From an uncultured Gammaproteobacteria bacterium (lineage in GTDB: Bacteria > Pseudomonadota > Gammaproteobacteria > JAURND01): a stretch of DNA of 64,000 nt. Position 1 is the stretch's first letter. Each line of letters begins with the position of its first letter. The stretch lies in NCBI GenBank assembly GCA_963714975.1, contig CAVQQD010000003.1:288001-352000 (forward strand). Direction: 5' to 3'. This document shows positions 1 to 11,664 of the stretch, piece after piece. Under the pieces are notes generated by a model that saw nothing but the letters and a program-made list of their open reading frames with translations, had not been told where the DNA came from and searched no databases. Both the position numbers and the translations under genes were made by a program.

Positions 1-1686
1 GGTGATCTGAGATTGCAGGTGTCTTTAAAAGTAATCCATGGGTGGCCGGTTTCATACAACATACTCAACATCTTGCGCCACAGGGTGACTGCAGGCAAAA
101 TTTTGCTACGAATTTCTTTGCGTTTGGCTTTTTCTTCATAAGCTTCGTAGGCTTTTTCAAAATCTAAACCAAAACGATCGTGCAAATCAGGTACTTGATC
201 AGGAGAAAACAAGGTCCAATTTTTATTTTCAAATACCCGCTTCATAAATAAATCAGGGATCCAATTGGCCGTATTCATGTCATGAGTGCGCCGTCGATCA
301 TCTCCGGTATTTTTGCGTAATTCTAAGAATTCTTCGATATCCATGTGCCACGTTTCTAAATAAGCACACACCGCACCTTTGCGCTTGCCTCCTTGATTGA
401 CGGCAACAGCAGTGACGTCAGCAACTTTCATAAAGGGAACTACGCCTAAAGATTTCCCGTTGGTACCCTTAATATGAGCACCCATCGCGCGCACAGGAGT
501 CCAATCATTACCAAGTCCGCCGGCGAATTTAGATAACAACGCATTGTCTTCGCATGGCATCGTAAATTTCACTGAGGCCGTCGTAAATGGTGGTTAAGAA
601 GCAGCTGGATAGCTGTGGGCGAAGAGTTCCTGAGTTAAATAGCGTGGGAGTTGAGCTCATGAAATCAAAAGAAGAAAGCAGCTCATAAAAAGAAATAGCA
701 TATTTTTCTCGATCGTGTTTTTCATTTAAAGCTAAACCCATTGCTACCCGCATAAAGAAGGCTTGCGGAGTTTCAAAATGAATACCTTCCGAATGGATAA
801 AATAACGGTCATAGAGTGTTTGTAAACCAAGGTAGGTGAATTGCTGGTCACGCTCTAGTTTTAGCGCTTGGCAGAGACGGTCCAGATCAAAAGACGCTAA
901 TTGGTTATCCAACAACTCAAGTTGAATGCCGCGTTCAATATAAGCTTTAAAATATTTTGGATATAATTTGTTCTCAATAGTGAGCGTTTTCTCGTCGATT
1001 AAGCCAAGAAATTGCCAGGCTTCAGTATGTAATTGATTCAGTAACAGACGTGCGGAGACATAGGTGTAATTTGGCTCTTTTTCAATTTGCGCGCGTGCAC
1101 TCATAATTAAAGCTTTTTCGACATCTGTTATCGTCACGCCGTCAAATAAATTGCGACAAGTTTCGGTTAAAATGAGTTCTGGATTGACTTCAGTTAAGTT
1201 GTGACAGGCTTCTTGGATAATTTGCGTCAGCCAGGTTGAATCGAGTAAAGTTTTTTGCCCGTTAGCTAAAGTGATATGGAGACGACAGGTTTCTGGTTGA
1301 GTGGTTTTTTCTTGTTCTCGTACTTTGCGGCGTTCTTCACGATACAGCACATAGGCGCGTGCTACCTTATGCTCTCCTGCACGCATTAATTTGAGTTCTA
1401 CCAGGTCTTGGATGGTTTCAATATGGACGTTATCGCCAAAAGGAGCGCGGCGGTGCAGGGTGTTAGTAATATCCTGAGTGATATGGGCCACGGTTTCATG
1501 AATGCGCTGCGAAATTCCAGCGCGATCACCTTCCACGGCCAAGAAGGCTTTCGTGACGGCAACAGCAATTTTGTTGTCATCATAGGGTGTTACGCTACCA
1601 TTACGGCGTATGACGCGTAAATTACCCGGAGTCATAATGTTTAGCTGATTTTCTGACATAGATCTAGACGGGTTCAATGTTTCCAT
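1..1686 (-). CDS. nrdA: Ribonucleotide reductase class I alpha subunit with two N-terminal ATP cones; apparent +1 frameshift near 549; runs off the window's left edge
   Basis: ORF 529..1686 has [18 protein letters not shown] and QLSSCF. After skipping one base the frame continues [17 protein letters not shown]...[19 protein letters not shown]...KDTCNLRSP to position 1. Confidence 0.93.
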
Positions 1687-1735
1687 TATTGGCTCCTAAT
1701 TGGTTTTTTCTTTCTTCCCAGACAGAATGGGTAAA

Positions 1736-1783
1736 ACACAACCCATTGTAGTCAGTTAATTCTAAAACCACAAGATAATGTAC
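1736..1783. promoter_or_regulatory. Tandem NrdR-box-like sites upstream of nrdA
   Basis: acacaacccattgtag (1736-1751) and ccacaagataatgtac (1768-1783) start 32 bp apart and resemble the CACwA..TwGT palindrome. Confidence 0.5.
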
Positions 1784-1826
1784 TATACTTTGGAAAACCA
1801 ATGATCTTAACACGGAGGTTGCGATC

Positions 1827-2822
1827 ATGCCTATCAATCATTCGATGGCCGGCGCGCTGTTGGCATCGACTATCTTTGTTACGTCTGAAATTTGGGGGGC
1901 AGTTTATCCCATGCCCCCACAGGGAAATGATATTGTTGGGGATGTTCTGGTTGTTCGGCCTGAACATGGCGATACATTATTTACTATTGGCAATCGCTAT
2001 GGGGTGGGTATGCACGAAATGCTCGAGGCAAATCCAAATTTGGGGATTGATGAGCATAGTGCTGCCAACCCCATTCGTGGCTGGTCTAAAGTCACCGTAA
2101 AGACCCAGTATATTTTGCCGCCTATTCGTCGTGGTATTGTGATTAATATGCCAGAATTACGCTTATATTATTTCACTCCTGATCACCAGTTTGTTTATAC
2201 CTATCCGGTAGGTTTGGGTCGGGATGAATGGCGCACTCCTTTATTTGAAAGTAAAGTAGCTGCTAAGGAAACTGACCCAACTTGGCACCCACCGGCTAGC
2301 ATTCGGCGGCACGTTCTGGAAGAAACGGGGGATAGCTTGCCGGACGCAGTGCCCCCTGGGCCTGACAATCCCTTGGGTCCTTATGCTTTGCGCTTAAGTG
2401 CGAAGGGCTATTTGATTCATGGGACAAATCAACCGTTTAGCATCGGTAAGTACATCAGCTCGGGCTGCATACGCTTGCATAATGAGGATATCGAAGAGCT
2501 GTTTCATATAGTGCCTACCGGTACACCCGTAACCATCATTAATTACCCCTATAAAGCAGGTTGGCGCCAAGGGTCTTTTTATTTACAAGCCCAAATCCCG
2601 ATGGAGTTGGGGGAAAAGTGGCCCAGCCAACTGAGCCCAGATTCTGTTAAGACAGTGATTGTTCAGGCATTAAAGTCGCATAGAGCCCATATAGATTGGT
2701 CTAAAGTCGATGAAGTTTTGGAAAAACACACCGGGATTCCACAGTTAATTGGAAACTATGGTATACTCCAGTCTGATTTTACCATGATGGAAGATAGGTT
2801 CAGGGAGGCAGAGCGATGGTAA
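1827..2822 (+). CDS. L,D-transpeptidase (ErfK/YbiS/YcfS type) with LysM-like domain
   Basis: INMPELRLYY, PGPDNPLG, IHGTN...SSGCIRL motifs; signal peptide. Confidence 0.9.
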   Translation: MPINHSMAGALLASTIFVTSEIWGAVYPMPPQGNDIVGDVLVVRPEHGDTLFTIGNRYGVGMHEMLEANPNLGIDEHSAANPIRGWSKVTVKTQYILPPIRRGIVINMPELRLYYFTPDHQFVYTYPVGLGRDEWRTPLFESKVAAKETDPTWHPPASIRRHVLEETGDSLPDAVPPGPDNPLGPYALRLSAKGYLIHGTNQPFSIGKYISSGCIRLHNEDIEELFHIVPTGTPVTIINYPYKAGWRQGSFYLQAQIPMELGEKWPSQLSPDSVKTVIVQALKSHRAHIDWSKVDEVLEKHTGIPQLIGNYGILQSDFTMMEDRFREAERW

Positions 2823-2845
2823 CTTATTGATTATAGGTAGGATTT

Positions 2846-3559
2846 ATGAGACGTTTGTTAGGTTTACTAGTGTTCTTTTCCTTGCTGTTAAAGGCCCCGC
2901 TGTTACTTGCCGCGAACGTAAGCAACGCCAAACCAATCAAAGTTAAGGGGCCGACAGCTACCTCCCAATCCTCTTTAGCAGCTTCCATGAATATTGACCC
3001 TAATGTATTAAATTTGGCCTTAAATGCTTATAAATGCGCAGTCAGTACCGGCGTCAGTAAACAAAAATACCTGACGATCATTGATTATTCACGGCCAGCC
3101 ACCAAAAATCGCCTATGGGTGGTAGACACTAGCAAAAATCAGGTCGTATTTAACACTTTGGTGGCACATGGGCAGGGTTCTGGCGGTACTATATCCCAGC
3201 ACTTCTCCAATCGACCGAACTCTCATGCTTCAAGTATTGGTTTGTTTGTAACGGGTAACATGTACCAAGGGGGAAACGGCCCTTCACTCAAACTATTTGG
3301 CCTGGAAAAGGGATTCAATGATAAAGCGGCTTCACGCAATATTGTGGTGCATGGAGCTCCCTATGTGAATCACCAGTTTGCCAAATCAGGTCGCTTGGGG
3401 CGTAGCTGGGGCTGTCCAGCGGTACCACAACATTTAGCTGGGCCTTTGATGAAAACGATCCAAAAAGGTTCTGTGGTATTTTCTTATTACCCTGATACTA
3501 ATTGGTTCAAAAAATCGAAGTATTTGAATTGCCGTGCTGATTCTCTGAAAACGGCTTAA
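2846..3559 (+). CDS. Murein L,D-transpeptidase catalytic-domain protein (YkuD_2 type)
   Basis: IIDYS, VAHGQGS, VVHGA and GRSWGCPA motifs; signal peptide. Confidence 0.85.
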   Translation: MRRLLGLLVFFSLLLKAPLLLAANVSNAKPIKVKGPTATSQSSLAASMNIDPNVLNLALNAYKCAVSTGVSKQKYLTIIDYSRPATKNRLWVVDTSKNQVVFNTLVAHGQGSGGTISQHFSNRPNSHASSIGLFVTGNMYQGGNGPSLKLFGLEKGFNDKAASRNIVVHGAPYVNHQFAKSGRLGRSWGCPAVPQHLAGPLMKTIQKGSVVFSYYPDTNWFKKSKYLNCRADSLKTA

Positions 3560-3565
3560 ACCGGA

Positions 3566-3593
3566 CGTCATCCCGAGCGAAGCGAGGGATCTC
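3566..3593. repeat. Half copy of GTCATCCCGAG palindromic element (family C)
   Basis: cgtcatcccgagcgaagcgagggatctc matches the start of the element at 34831. Confidence 0.75.
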
Positions 3594-3605
3594 AATAACT
3601 TACAC

Positions 3606-4253
3606 ATGGAGGTTTTTATGCAACATGGAAGTGCAGCAGCCCAAGCAGGGGATAATCGCCTGTCTCCTGATAACGCCACCTTATTACTGGTAGATCATCA
3701 AACCGGTCTTATGCAACTTGTCCGAGATTATGGGACGGATGAGTTTAAAAACAATGTATTGGCATTAGCCGACGTCGCCAAGCTTTATAACCTCCCGACC
3801 ATCCTCACCACAAGTGCGGAACAAGGTCCTAATGGTCCGATGTTCCCTGAATTAAAAGCAAAATTCCCTGATGCTCCTTATATTCCGCGACCAGGCCAAA
3901 TTAATGCTTGGGATAATGAGGATTTTGTAACAGCAGTCAAAGCGACTGGGCGTAAAAAGTTAATCATCGCTGGGATTGTGACCGATGTGTGCGTGGCTTT
4001 TCCAGCTATTTCTGCCTTGAGTGAAGGCTATGATGTGTATGTGGTGGTCGATGCTTCAGGCACATTTAGCGAAGCGGTGCGAGAATCGGCTTTGCTGCGT
4101 ATGACGCATGTCGGGGCAATTATGATGAGCTGGTTTGCGGTTTCTGCAGAATTACAGCGGGATTGGCGCAGAGACACTGGCCAAAGACTGGCGCAACTTT
4201 ATGCTGAGCGCGTGGTTGCTTATGGGAATTTAATCAGTAGTCATAATAAGTAA
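3606..4253 (+). CDS. ycaC: Isochorismatase-family hydrolase, YcaC-like
   Basis: LLVDHQTGL, RPGQINAWDN, TDVCVAFPA and ELQRDWR motifs. Confidence 0.88.
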   Translation: MEVFMQHGSAAAQAGDNRLSPDNATLLLVDHQTGLMQLVRDYGTDEFKNNVLALADVAKLYNLPTILTTSAEQGPNGPMFPELKAKFPDAPYIPRPGQINAWDNEDFVTAVKATGRKKLIIAGIVTDVCVAFPAISALSEGYDVYVVVDASGTFSEAVRESALLRMTHVGAIMMSWFAVSAELQRDWRRDTGQRLAQLYAERVVAYGNLISSHNK

Positions 4254-4271
4254 AACTGGGAATACGAATTC

Positions 4272-4478
4272 CGTAACCATTCACCACGATTTTGCCTCTC
4301 CCCTTGTGGGAGAGGCCGCCGCGCCGTAAGGCGCGCGGGTGAGGGGTAAGCAGCAGTTCGCATTTAGCTAATAAAATGCTCCTTGCTGATTTCAAGTTTA
4401 CCCCTCATCCGCCCTTTCGGGCACTTTCTCCCACAAGGGGAGAAGGATTTTTACGCACAAAAATGGTGAATGATTACG
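4272..4478. mobile_element. MITE-like element containing two inverted REP-like units (family A)
   Basis: Terminal inverted repeats cgtaaccattcacca (4272-4286) and tggtgaatgattacg (4464-4478), 14/15 match. The left ~95 bp recurs at 38497-38592. Confidence 0.7.
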
Positions 4479-4569
4479 CTTATTCAGAAAACGCGTAAAC
4501 TACATCCTCTCCGGCCAAAAGAAGTCTCCTCTCCCCCCAACTGTTTTTGTTAGTGGGGAGAGGGGGCTT

Positions 4570-5220
4570 TCAATTGTTATTATTGTTATTAAAGTCACGT
4601 GCAGCAGGGCTAGTTAATTCTAGTTGCTTAGGATCCAGAGCAGTTATTTGCTCACACAATGCTGCAAACTTAGTATACTCCGGATACTTAGCAAGCGAAG
4701 TTTTTCCTGCTCCCAACTGTTTTCCAGCCACATAACTAGTACCACCACCCACCACCAAGGCTCCAAGCAATGTACCTGCAATAATTAAACCAAACAATGC
4801 AAGCACCTCAGAGTTTGGTAAATGTGAAGCGTCAAGCCCGGGCCATTTAGCATTAGGTAATCCGAGTGCACCGCCCATGGCACCTAACCCAGCTCCAAGC
4901 CAACTCCACATTACCCAACGATTATGCTTAGATGCTTGGTTAGATGCTTGGGCAGCCTGTTGGTTAAGCTGACGTACTAAATCTTTAGCATCTAATGCTG
5001 ATGGTTTTGGTTTGACAAGGGCTATAGCGGTGTTCAACTCTGGTAATAACTTATTGGCTCGACCAGAAACAGTTCGCTGATCTGTCTGTGATGTGTCTAT
5101 TGTATGCCAACGTCCTGTAGTTACCAAGTTTTTTATGTCTTGTATAATTTCCGATATTTTCCTGGGCGGCAGGGGTGTGGTGGTTACGAGTATAGTTGTT
5201 CGCTCATGCTGATGTCTCAT
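4570..5220 (-). CDS. Hypothetical protein with two Gly-rich hydrophobic segments; candidate effector
   Basis: 216-aa ORF with a GGAG RBS, two TM-like stretches and an upstream PmrA-like box. Confidence 0.65.
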   Translation of the reverse strand: MRHQHERTTILVTTTPLPPRKISEIIQDIKNLVTTGRWHTIDTSQTDQRTVSGRANKLLPELNTAIALVKPKPSALDAKDLVRQLNQQAAQASNQASKHNRWVMWSWLGAGLGAMGGALGLPNAKWPGLDASHLPNSEVLALFGLIIAGTLLGALVVGGGTSYVAGKQLGAGKTSLAKYPEYTKFAALCEQITALDPKQLELTSPAARDFNNNNNN

Positions 5221-5283
5221 ATATTAATCTCCTGACGTGAAGTTTAATGCTATCTTTAGTGTGGATCATTGTTTGACACTCTG

Positions 5284-5300
5284 TTTATGAAAATATTAAG
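5284..5300 (-). promoter_or_regulatory. PmrA-like box
   Basis: CTTAATATTTTCATAAA on the sense strand, 10 nt before a weak -10 (AACAAT). Confidence 0.5.
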
Positions 5301-5371
5301 AGGCATCTGGATTCTACAGCGAATGTCCTAAAAGCACAAACAAAGTCGGTTTTTTATTTTGATTTAATCTT

Positions 5372-5442
5372 TGTAGGGACAAAAATAATTTCCCCCTTTT
5401 TCAAAGGGGGAAATTATTTTGAGGAGGGATTATTTTTGTTCC
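5372..5442. repeat. Palindromic repeat
   Basis: aaaataatttccccctttttcaaagggggaaattatttt hairpin. The arm gtagggacaaaaataatttc recurs inverted at about 45449-45472. Confidence 0.6.
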
Positions 5443-5502
5443 TTTGGGTTAAGTCGCCCTTAAGAAACATTTGCATTTCAGCCAAAGTCAAGGAATAATA
5501 GC

Positions 5503-5760
5503 AAAGCCTCGGGGGCTTGCGCCTCCGAGGTCGCGCCAAAAGAATGTACGACCATTCTTGAGGCACTTCCAGCAACGAACCTTACTCAAGGAGGTCCGCA
5601 GTGGCTCTAAAAGCTTACTCGATTACGCACTCGCGTAAAACTCTTTTCTGTATGTTAACCAATTTTTTTCACCTGCATTGCGTTGGGCGGATGTTTCGCG
5701 CCTGGAGCAACAAATCTTTACTTAATGGTTTTCCTCGAATGCCACAGCGGTGTTGCTGGC
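5503..5760 (+). ncRNA. Candidate structured leader or ncRNA
   Basis: TTGCAT-17-AATAAT promoter (5471-5499); hairpin 5507-5530; nested long-range pairings 5569-76/5752-59 and 5596-5605/5741-50. Confidence 0.4.
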
Positions 5761-5967
5761 AGGAGGTAGGGATTTGCCGTGGGTTTTTTAGTGGTCAGCA
5801 TTCAGGGCAAGAGGAGGTAGGCTGGTAGCAGAGGAGTTAGGTTAGGGCTTAGGCACTCCTTCTCTTAAGCTAGCGCCTTTGCCCTTGCCTATAAAATCCT
5901 CTGCTGCCGCTTACTTTACTTGGGTTCTGTTGCATTTTCTAACAATAATATCCATCGGAGTACTTTT

Positions 5968-6351
5968 ATGTCTAATCAAATGCACCCCATTAAATTATTA
6001 CTCGTTGAAGATAATTTGATGTGCGCCAAAGCACAACAAGGGCTGTTTAAATGCCTTAAATGCGAGGTAGAAGTCGCCAGAAATATGACCTCTGCCTTGG
6101 AAAAACTCAAAGAACAACTCTTTCAGTTAGTGGTCTGTGATTTAGGCCTGCCCGACGGCAATGGCTTTGACATCGCACGTTATATTCGGCAATGCCCTCC
6201 TCCCATCAACACAACCCCGATTGTAATTCTTACTGCGCATGGTGATGATACCCACAAAGAACAAGCCCGAAAAATTGGTTGTAACGCTTTTGTGGAAAAA
6301 CCCTTAACTTACGAATTATGTGAGGAAATTCTCAAAGAAATGCTGCAATAA
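5968..6351 (+). CDS. Single-domain response regulator (CheY-like receiver)
   Basis: LLVEDN, CDLGLPDGNG, LTA and KP motifs; GGAG RBS before ATG 5968. Confidence 0.9.
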   Translation: MSNQMHPIKLLLVEDNLMCAKAQQGLFKCLKCEVEVARNMTSALEKLKEQLFQLVVCDLGLPDGNGFDIARYIRQCPPPINTTPIVILTAHGDDTHKEQARKIGCNAFVEKPLTYELCEEILKEMLQ

Positions 6352-6428
6352 TCAAAAAGCTATGGCGCACACCTTTGTATATTAAACCCTTATCCCTGCA
6401 GGATGCGGGGATGACGGCATGAGTCCAC

Positions 6429-6474
6429 TACGGTATTGAGTTTGCCATAGACCAGAATATAATAGCCGCATGAA
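6429..6474 (+). mobile_element. Orphan fragment of IS200/IS605 tnpB upstream region
   Basis: tacggtattgagtttgccatagaccagaatataatagccgcatgaa is nearly identical to 39849-39894, just upstream of tnpB. Confidence 0.65.
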
Positions 6475-6581
6475 TCATGAAAATTACACGTCACTAATTA
6501 TGAGTTGAGCCACGAAAAAAATCACACCCATTTTTAGAATGGTGATGTATATTGTGCGCTTTTTTTCTTTCCATATAGACT

Positions 6582-6893
6582 TTATTTTCGTAGTTTCCTT
6601 TTAGGTTTTTTAGCCAATTTCGCAGTCATATTTATGCCAAGAGCCTGCATCACAATGAGCATTGTTTTTAAGGTGGGATTTCCTTTAATGCTAAAAGATC
6701 GGTACAATTGTTCCCTTGATAAACCTGTTTCACGCGAAATATCAGCCATACCCTTAGCACGTGCCACAATACCTAAAGCTTTTGCAATGTAAGTAGCATC
6801 ACCGGTTTCAAAGGCATCTGCCATAAAAACTACGATTGCTTCTTGACTATCTAATGCTTCTGCCGGGTCGTAATTATAAATTTTCTCTGCCAT
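6582..6893 (-). CDS. Addiction-module antidote, HTH protein (HI1420-like)
   Basis: ALGIVARAKGM and TGLSREQLYRS...GNPTL motifs. Confidence 0.88.
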   Translation of the reverse strand: MAEKIYNYDPAEALDSQEAIVVFMADAFETGDATYIAKALGIVARAKGMADISRETGLSREQLYRSFSIKGNPTLKTMLIVMQALGINMTAKLAKKPKRKLRK

Positions 6894-6894
6894 A

Positions 6895-7188
6895 TTAATT
6901 CTCCAATTCTTTAGCTAATTTTTTAGCAACAGTGATATCTCGACTTTGTGTACTCTTGTTTCCTCCACATAGTAGAAGAATAATATCATTGTTTCTTTTC
7001 AGAAAATAAACTCGATAGCCAGGCCCGTAATGAATGCGGAGCTCATTGATTCCATCCCCCACGGATGCAACATCACCCAGGAGGCCATTTGCCAATCGAA
7101 ATAAACGAGCAGCAATAGCAGCCTTTGCTTTTCTATCCCGAAGTTTCTGCTCCCACTTCCTATAAGTTTCTGTTTGTTTTATATCCAT
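6895..7188 (-). CDS. Addiction-module killer, RelE/ParE family (HI1419-like)
   Basis: ELRIHYGPGYRVYF and LLCGGNKSTQ motifs; toxin-first operon with the antidote. Confidence 0.9.
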   Translation of the reverse strand: MDIKQTETYRKWEQKLRDRKAKAAIAARLFRLANGLLGDVASVGDGINELRIHYGPGYRVYFLKRNNDIILLLCGGNKSTQSRDITVAKKLAKELEN

Positions 7189-7366
7189 GGCCCAATTGTA
7201 GTTTATAAATCACAAAATTGCAATATAATTATCGAGATTCCCTAACCTGAATACCTGAATCTTCCAGTAGATTTTGGAGAACTATACTGTAACAATTCAG
7301 TAATTATGCCAATACCGTAATCTACGAGGCCTATTGGAGTTAGTATTTGTTCGCAGGAGGATTTTC

Positions 7367-8497
7367 ATGATTCGTCAACTTTGGTTATTGGTCCTAGGTG
7401 CTTTCGTATTAGGTTTGGATGCCTTTGTACTCGCTGGACTATTACCAGATATGGCGCAGGATTTTGGAACAACACAAGCTTTAGTAGGCTTGGGTGTAGC
7501 TTTGTTCACCGCCGCCTATGCTGTCAGCGCACCAGCATTGGCATCTTTTGCTGGGAAATATTCGACTCGCAAAGCCTTATTAGCAGGACTTGGCTTGTTT
7601 ACACTTGGGAATGTGGCAACAATGCTAGCGCCTTCCCTGGGAGTTTTACTTATTGCTCGATTAGTGGCAGGGGTTGGTGCAGGGCTTTATTCACCACTCG
7701 CTTCATCAAGCGCTGCTAATAGTGTGGAAGCCAGTCAACGGGGTCGCGCTTTGTCTATGGTATTAGCTGGGCTGAGCACAGGAACTGCTTTAGGAGTCCC
7801 TGTAGGATTACTGATAGCAAGCCAGTTTGGCTGGCGCTGGACCATTGGTCTTATTGTGCTACTCGGGCTCATTGCAGCAGCAGGCATCGCTGGTAATACC
7901 CGTAGGTTTCCTGCATCACGACCCATTGCTTGGAAAAAGCGCCTTGCTTCACTTCGTGAGTCTTTTACTCTTGCTACCCTGGGTGTGACTCTGTGGACTG
8001 CTATTGCTTCATTGGGGCTTTATACTTACCTTGCCGAGGTTTCTGCAGCTCGCGGAATGGAAACATCTATAAATGTTTTTATCTGGTTGTGGGGTCTAGG
8101 CGGAATGAGTGGTGCACTACTTATTGGGCGAGTGATTGACTTGTATCTACCTCCGGCAAAAGCCACGCTAGTTTTGCTGACATTCCTTGTCATTGGATTT
8201 GTTTTAGTTTGTTATGGCTCGCAGATATTCGTGGGAATGGGTTGTCTGTTATGGGGTTTAGCAGGCTGGGCTAGCATTGCACCACAACAACATGCATTGG
8301 TGACGAATAATGATACGCTTGCTTCCTCATCTATCGCGTGGAATTCATCAATCAATTACTTAGGAAGTGCTATCGGGACGACATTTGGGGCTGTGGCATT
8401 GAGTGTGCATATATCTGCTTCTTGGTTGCCGATAGGAGCAGTAGCAGCTGTGATTGTAGCGGCAGGAATCCATTTCATTAAGATAAGACAGCGTTAA
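7367..8497 (+). CDS. MFS transporter (DHA1/AraJ-like)
   Basis: About 12 hydrophobic segments, RLVAGVGAG and QRGRALS motifs; AGGAGG RBS before ATG 7367. Confidence 0.88.
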   Translation: MIRQLWLLVLGAFVLGLDAFVLAGLLPDMAQDFGTTQALVGLGVALFTAAYAVSAPALASFAGKYSTRKALLAGLGLFTLGNVATMLAPSLGVLLIARLVAGVGAGLYSPLASSSAANSVEASQRGRALSMVLAGLSTGTALGVPVGLLIASQFGWRWTIGLIVLLGLIAAAGIAGNTRRFPASRPIAWKKRLASLRESFTLATLGVTLWTAIASLGLYTYLAEVSAARGMETSINVFIWLWGLGGMSGALLIGRVIDLYLPPAKATLVLLTFLVIGFVLVCYGSQIFVGMGCLLWGLAGWASIAPQQHALVTNNDTLASSSIAWNSSINYLGSAIGTTFGAVALSVHISASWLPIGAVAAVIVAAGIHFIKIRQR

Positions 8498-8751
8498 CGC
8501 AATCGGGCATGTTTAAATCTGTGGTATCCATTGACTTCGGGAAGAAGGTATAGATTTACAACTTTTCTGCATTTCCATGGCTTCAAATTCCCGCTTATTT
8601 CTTTTTGGTCTGGGTTGGGGACTGCATTTTTTGCGCTTTGCAAATGTTCTAATGGCGCCCATGGAGCTTTTGGGGGATATTTTGGCATAGGGATTTGCAA
8701 CAGGATGTAAGGAACGGGAATAAGTCTCCAAGGAGGGAGTTCCAGGGATTT

Positions 8752-10065
<1,314 letters not shown>

Positions 10066-10117
10066 TCATAACTTAAAGTCCAGAGTCATCATAAGTTACG
10101 AGTTAACACATACGCTA

Positions 10118-10207
10118 TACGCCGGAGGGGTGACGCGTAGAGCAACAACGCCGCGCGCAGTGTGCGAGCACGGCGGGTTGCCCGCACGGCAGGACCCCGC
10201 AGGCGTA
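10118..10207. repeat. GC-rich palindromic element (family D), intergenic copy
   Basis: Ends tacgcc/ggcgta and ggggt/acccc; the core resembles the insert in tsaB (51421-51499). Confidence 0.7.
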
Positions 10208-10220
10208 CGAGGGGAGAAAG

Positions 10221-11159
10221 ATGCAAATTTTATTAGCGAATCCACGAGGTTTTTGTGCTGGTGTGGATCGTGCCATCGAAATTGTTGAACGTGCCTTAGA
10301 GTTACTTGGGCCGCCTATTTATGTGCGACATGAAGTGGTCCATAATCGCTTTGTGGTGGATGGCTTACGTGCTAAAGGTGCCTTTTTTACCGATAATATG
10401 GATGAAATTCCCAATGGAGCAACAGTTATTTTTAGTGCTCATGGTGTCCCTCAGATAGTGCGAACGCAGGCTAAGGCTCGCTCATTGCAAGTATTTGATG
10501 CTACGTGTCCCTTGGTGACTAAAGTCCATCTGGAAGTGGCGCGTTACAGCCGTCAAGGGCAAGAATGCATCTTAATTGGACATGCGGGGCATCCTGAAGT
10601 CGAGGGGACAATGGGGCAATATAGCAATCCTGCTGGGGGAATGTATTTGGTGGAAAATACAGCTGATGTAGCAAAATTACAGATAAAAAATCCCGACAGT
10701 TTGTACTACGTCACCCAAACCACTTTATCGATCGATGATACGGTTCGCATCATTGAGGCCCTAAAACGACGTTTTCCAACCATCCGGGGGCCGAAACATG
10801 AAGATATCTGCTATGCCACCCAAAATCGTCAAGATGCAGTAAAAGCATTAGCCGCAAAAGTTGAGGTGGTGATTGTCGTGGGCTCTACCAATAGTTCTAA
10901 TTCTAATCGCTTGCGCGAACTTGCGGAACGTTTGGGCTGTCTGGCGTATTTGGTGGATAGTGCTGATGAGGTCAATGAAAGTTGGGTAAAAGGGAGGGTG
11001 AGTGTCGGGGTCACAGCCGGGGCTTCTGCCCCGGAGATTTTAGTCCAACAGGTCGTTGAAAAATTGCAAAAATTAGGTGGTGGAGTAGTCAAGGAACTCA
11101 CTGGCACTCAGGAAAACATTATGTTTGCCTTGCCGAAAGAATTACGTTCCGCTGGGTGA
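10221..11159 (+). CDS. ispH: 4-hydroxy-3-methylbut-2-enyl diphosphate reductase
   Basis: [28 protein letters not shown] and SSNSNRL motifs. Confidence 0.97.
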   Translation: MQILLANPRGFCAGVDRAIEIVERALELLGPPIYVRHEVVHNRFVVDGLRAKGAFFTDNMDEIPNGATVIFSAHGVPQIVRTQAKARSLQVFDATCPLVTKVHLEVARYSRQGQECILIGHAGHPEVEGTMGQYSNPAGGMYLVENTADVAKLQIKNPDSLYYVTQTTLSIDDTVRIIEALKRRFPTIRGPKHEDICYATQNRQDAVKALAAKVEVVIVVGSTNSSNSNRLRELAERLGCLAYLVDSADEVNESWVKGRVSVGVTAGASAPEILVQQVVEKLQKLGGGVVKELTGTQENIMFALPKELRSAG

Positions 11160-11259
11160 GAGTGAGCTGTTGTTGAATTGAATTAACACATAATTGATTT
11201 TCGGAGTAAAAAGTGCTAATTTTGTGCAAATTGTAAGTTACTTGCAGAGAGTAATATAT

Positions 11260-11571
11260 ATGGTAAAGAAAAAAACTGTAGGATATGTAGCGGGGGCAGC
11301 AGGAGTAACACTAGCACTTGGAGCACTTATAGCCATTTGTGTGGTCAATGGCGGCGGCGGCGCTACGGCAAAAAGGATATTTATTGCTCCCTTTCTAGGG
11401 GGGGATATTGATATTCCTCGTAATTTAGACAGTGTATTAGGAAAAACTAATATTGCCCTAGATGTATTGATTGGAGTTGGGGTTTTGTTAGCATTGGTTG
11501 CTGTAATGTATTTAAAACATGTAAAAAAGAATAATACAGAGAATGAACCCTTCATCGCTCCCACTCCCTAA
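11260..11571 (+). CDS. Small hypothetical membrane protein (two TM segments)
   Basis: Two hydrophobic segments; probable ATG at 11260. Confidence 0.55.
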   Translation: MVKKKTVGYVAGAAGVTLALGALIAICVVNGGGGATAKRIFIAPFLGGDIDIPRNLDSVLGKTNIALDVLIGVGVLLALVAVMYLKHVKKNNTENEPFIAPTP

Positions 11572-11664
11572 GCGACATAACCCATTCTATCCAGGGGTTG
11601 GTTATTCATGGCATTAACTGGCTCTATGAAGTTTTGAGTGGGTAGTGCGCCGTAGAAAGCTACA

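Noticed and set aside
529-560. Programmed frameshift, intron or intein in nrdA
   Set aside because: There is no slippery sequence or inserted segment; homology resumes after a single base.
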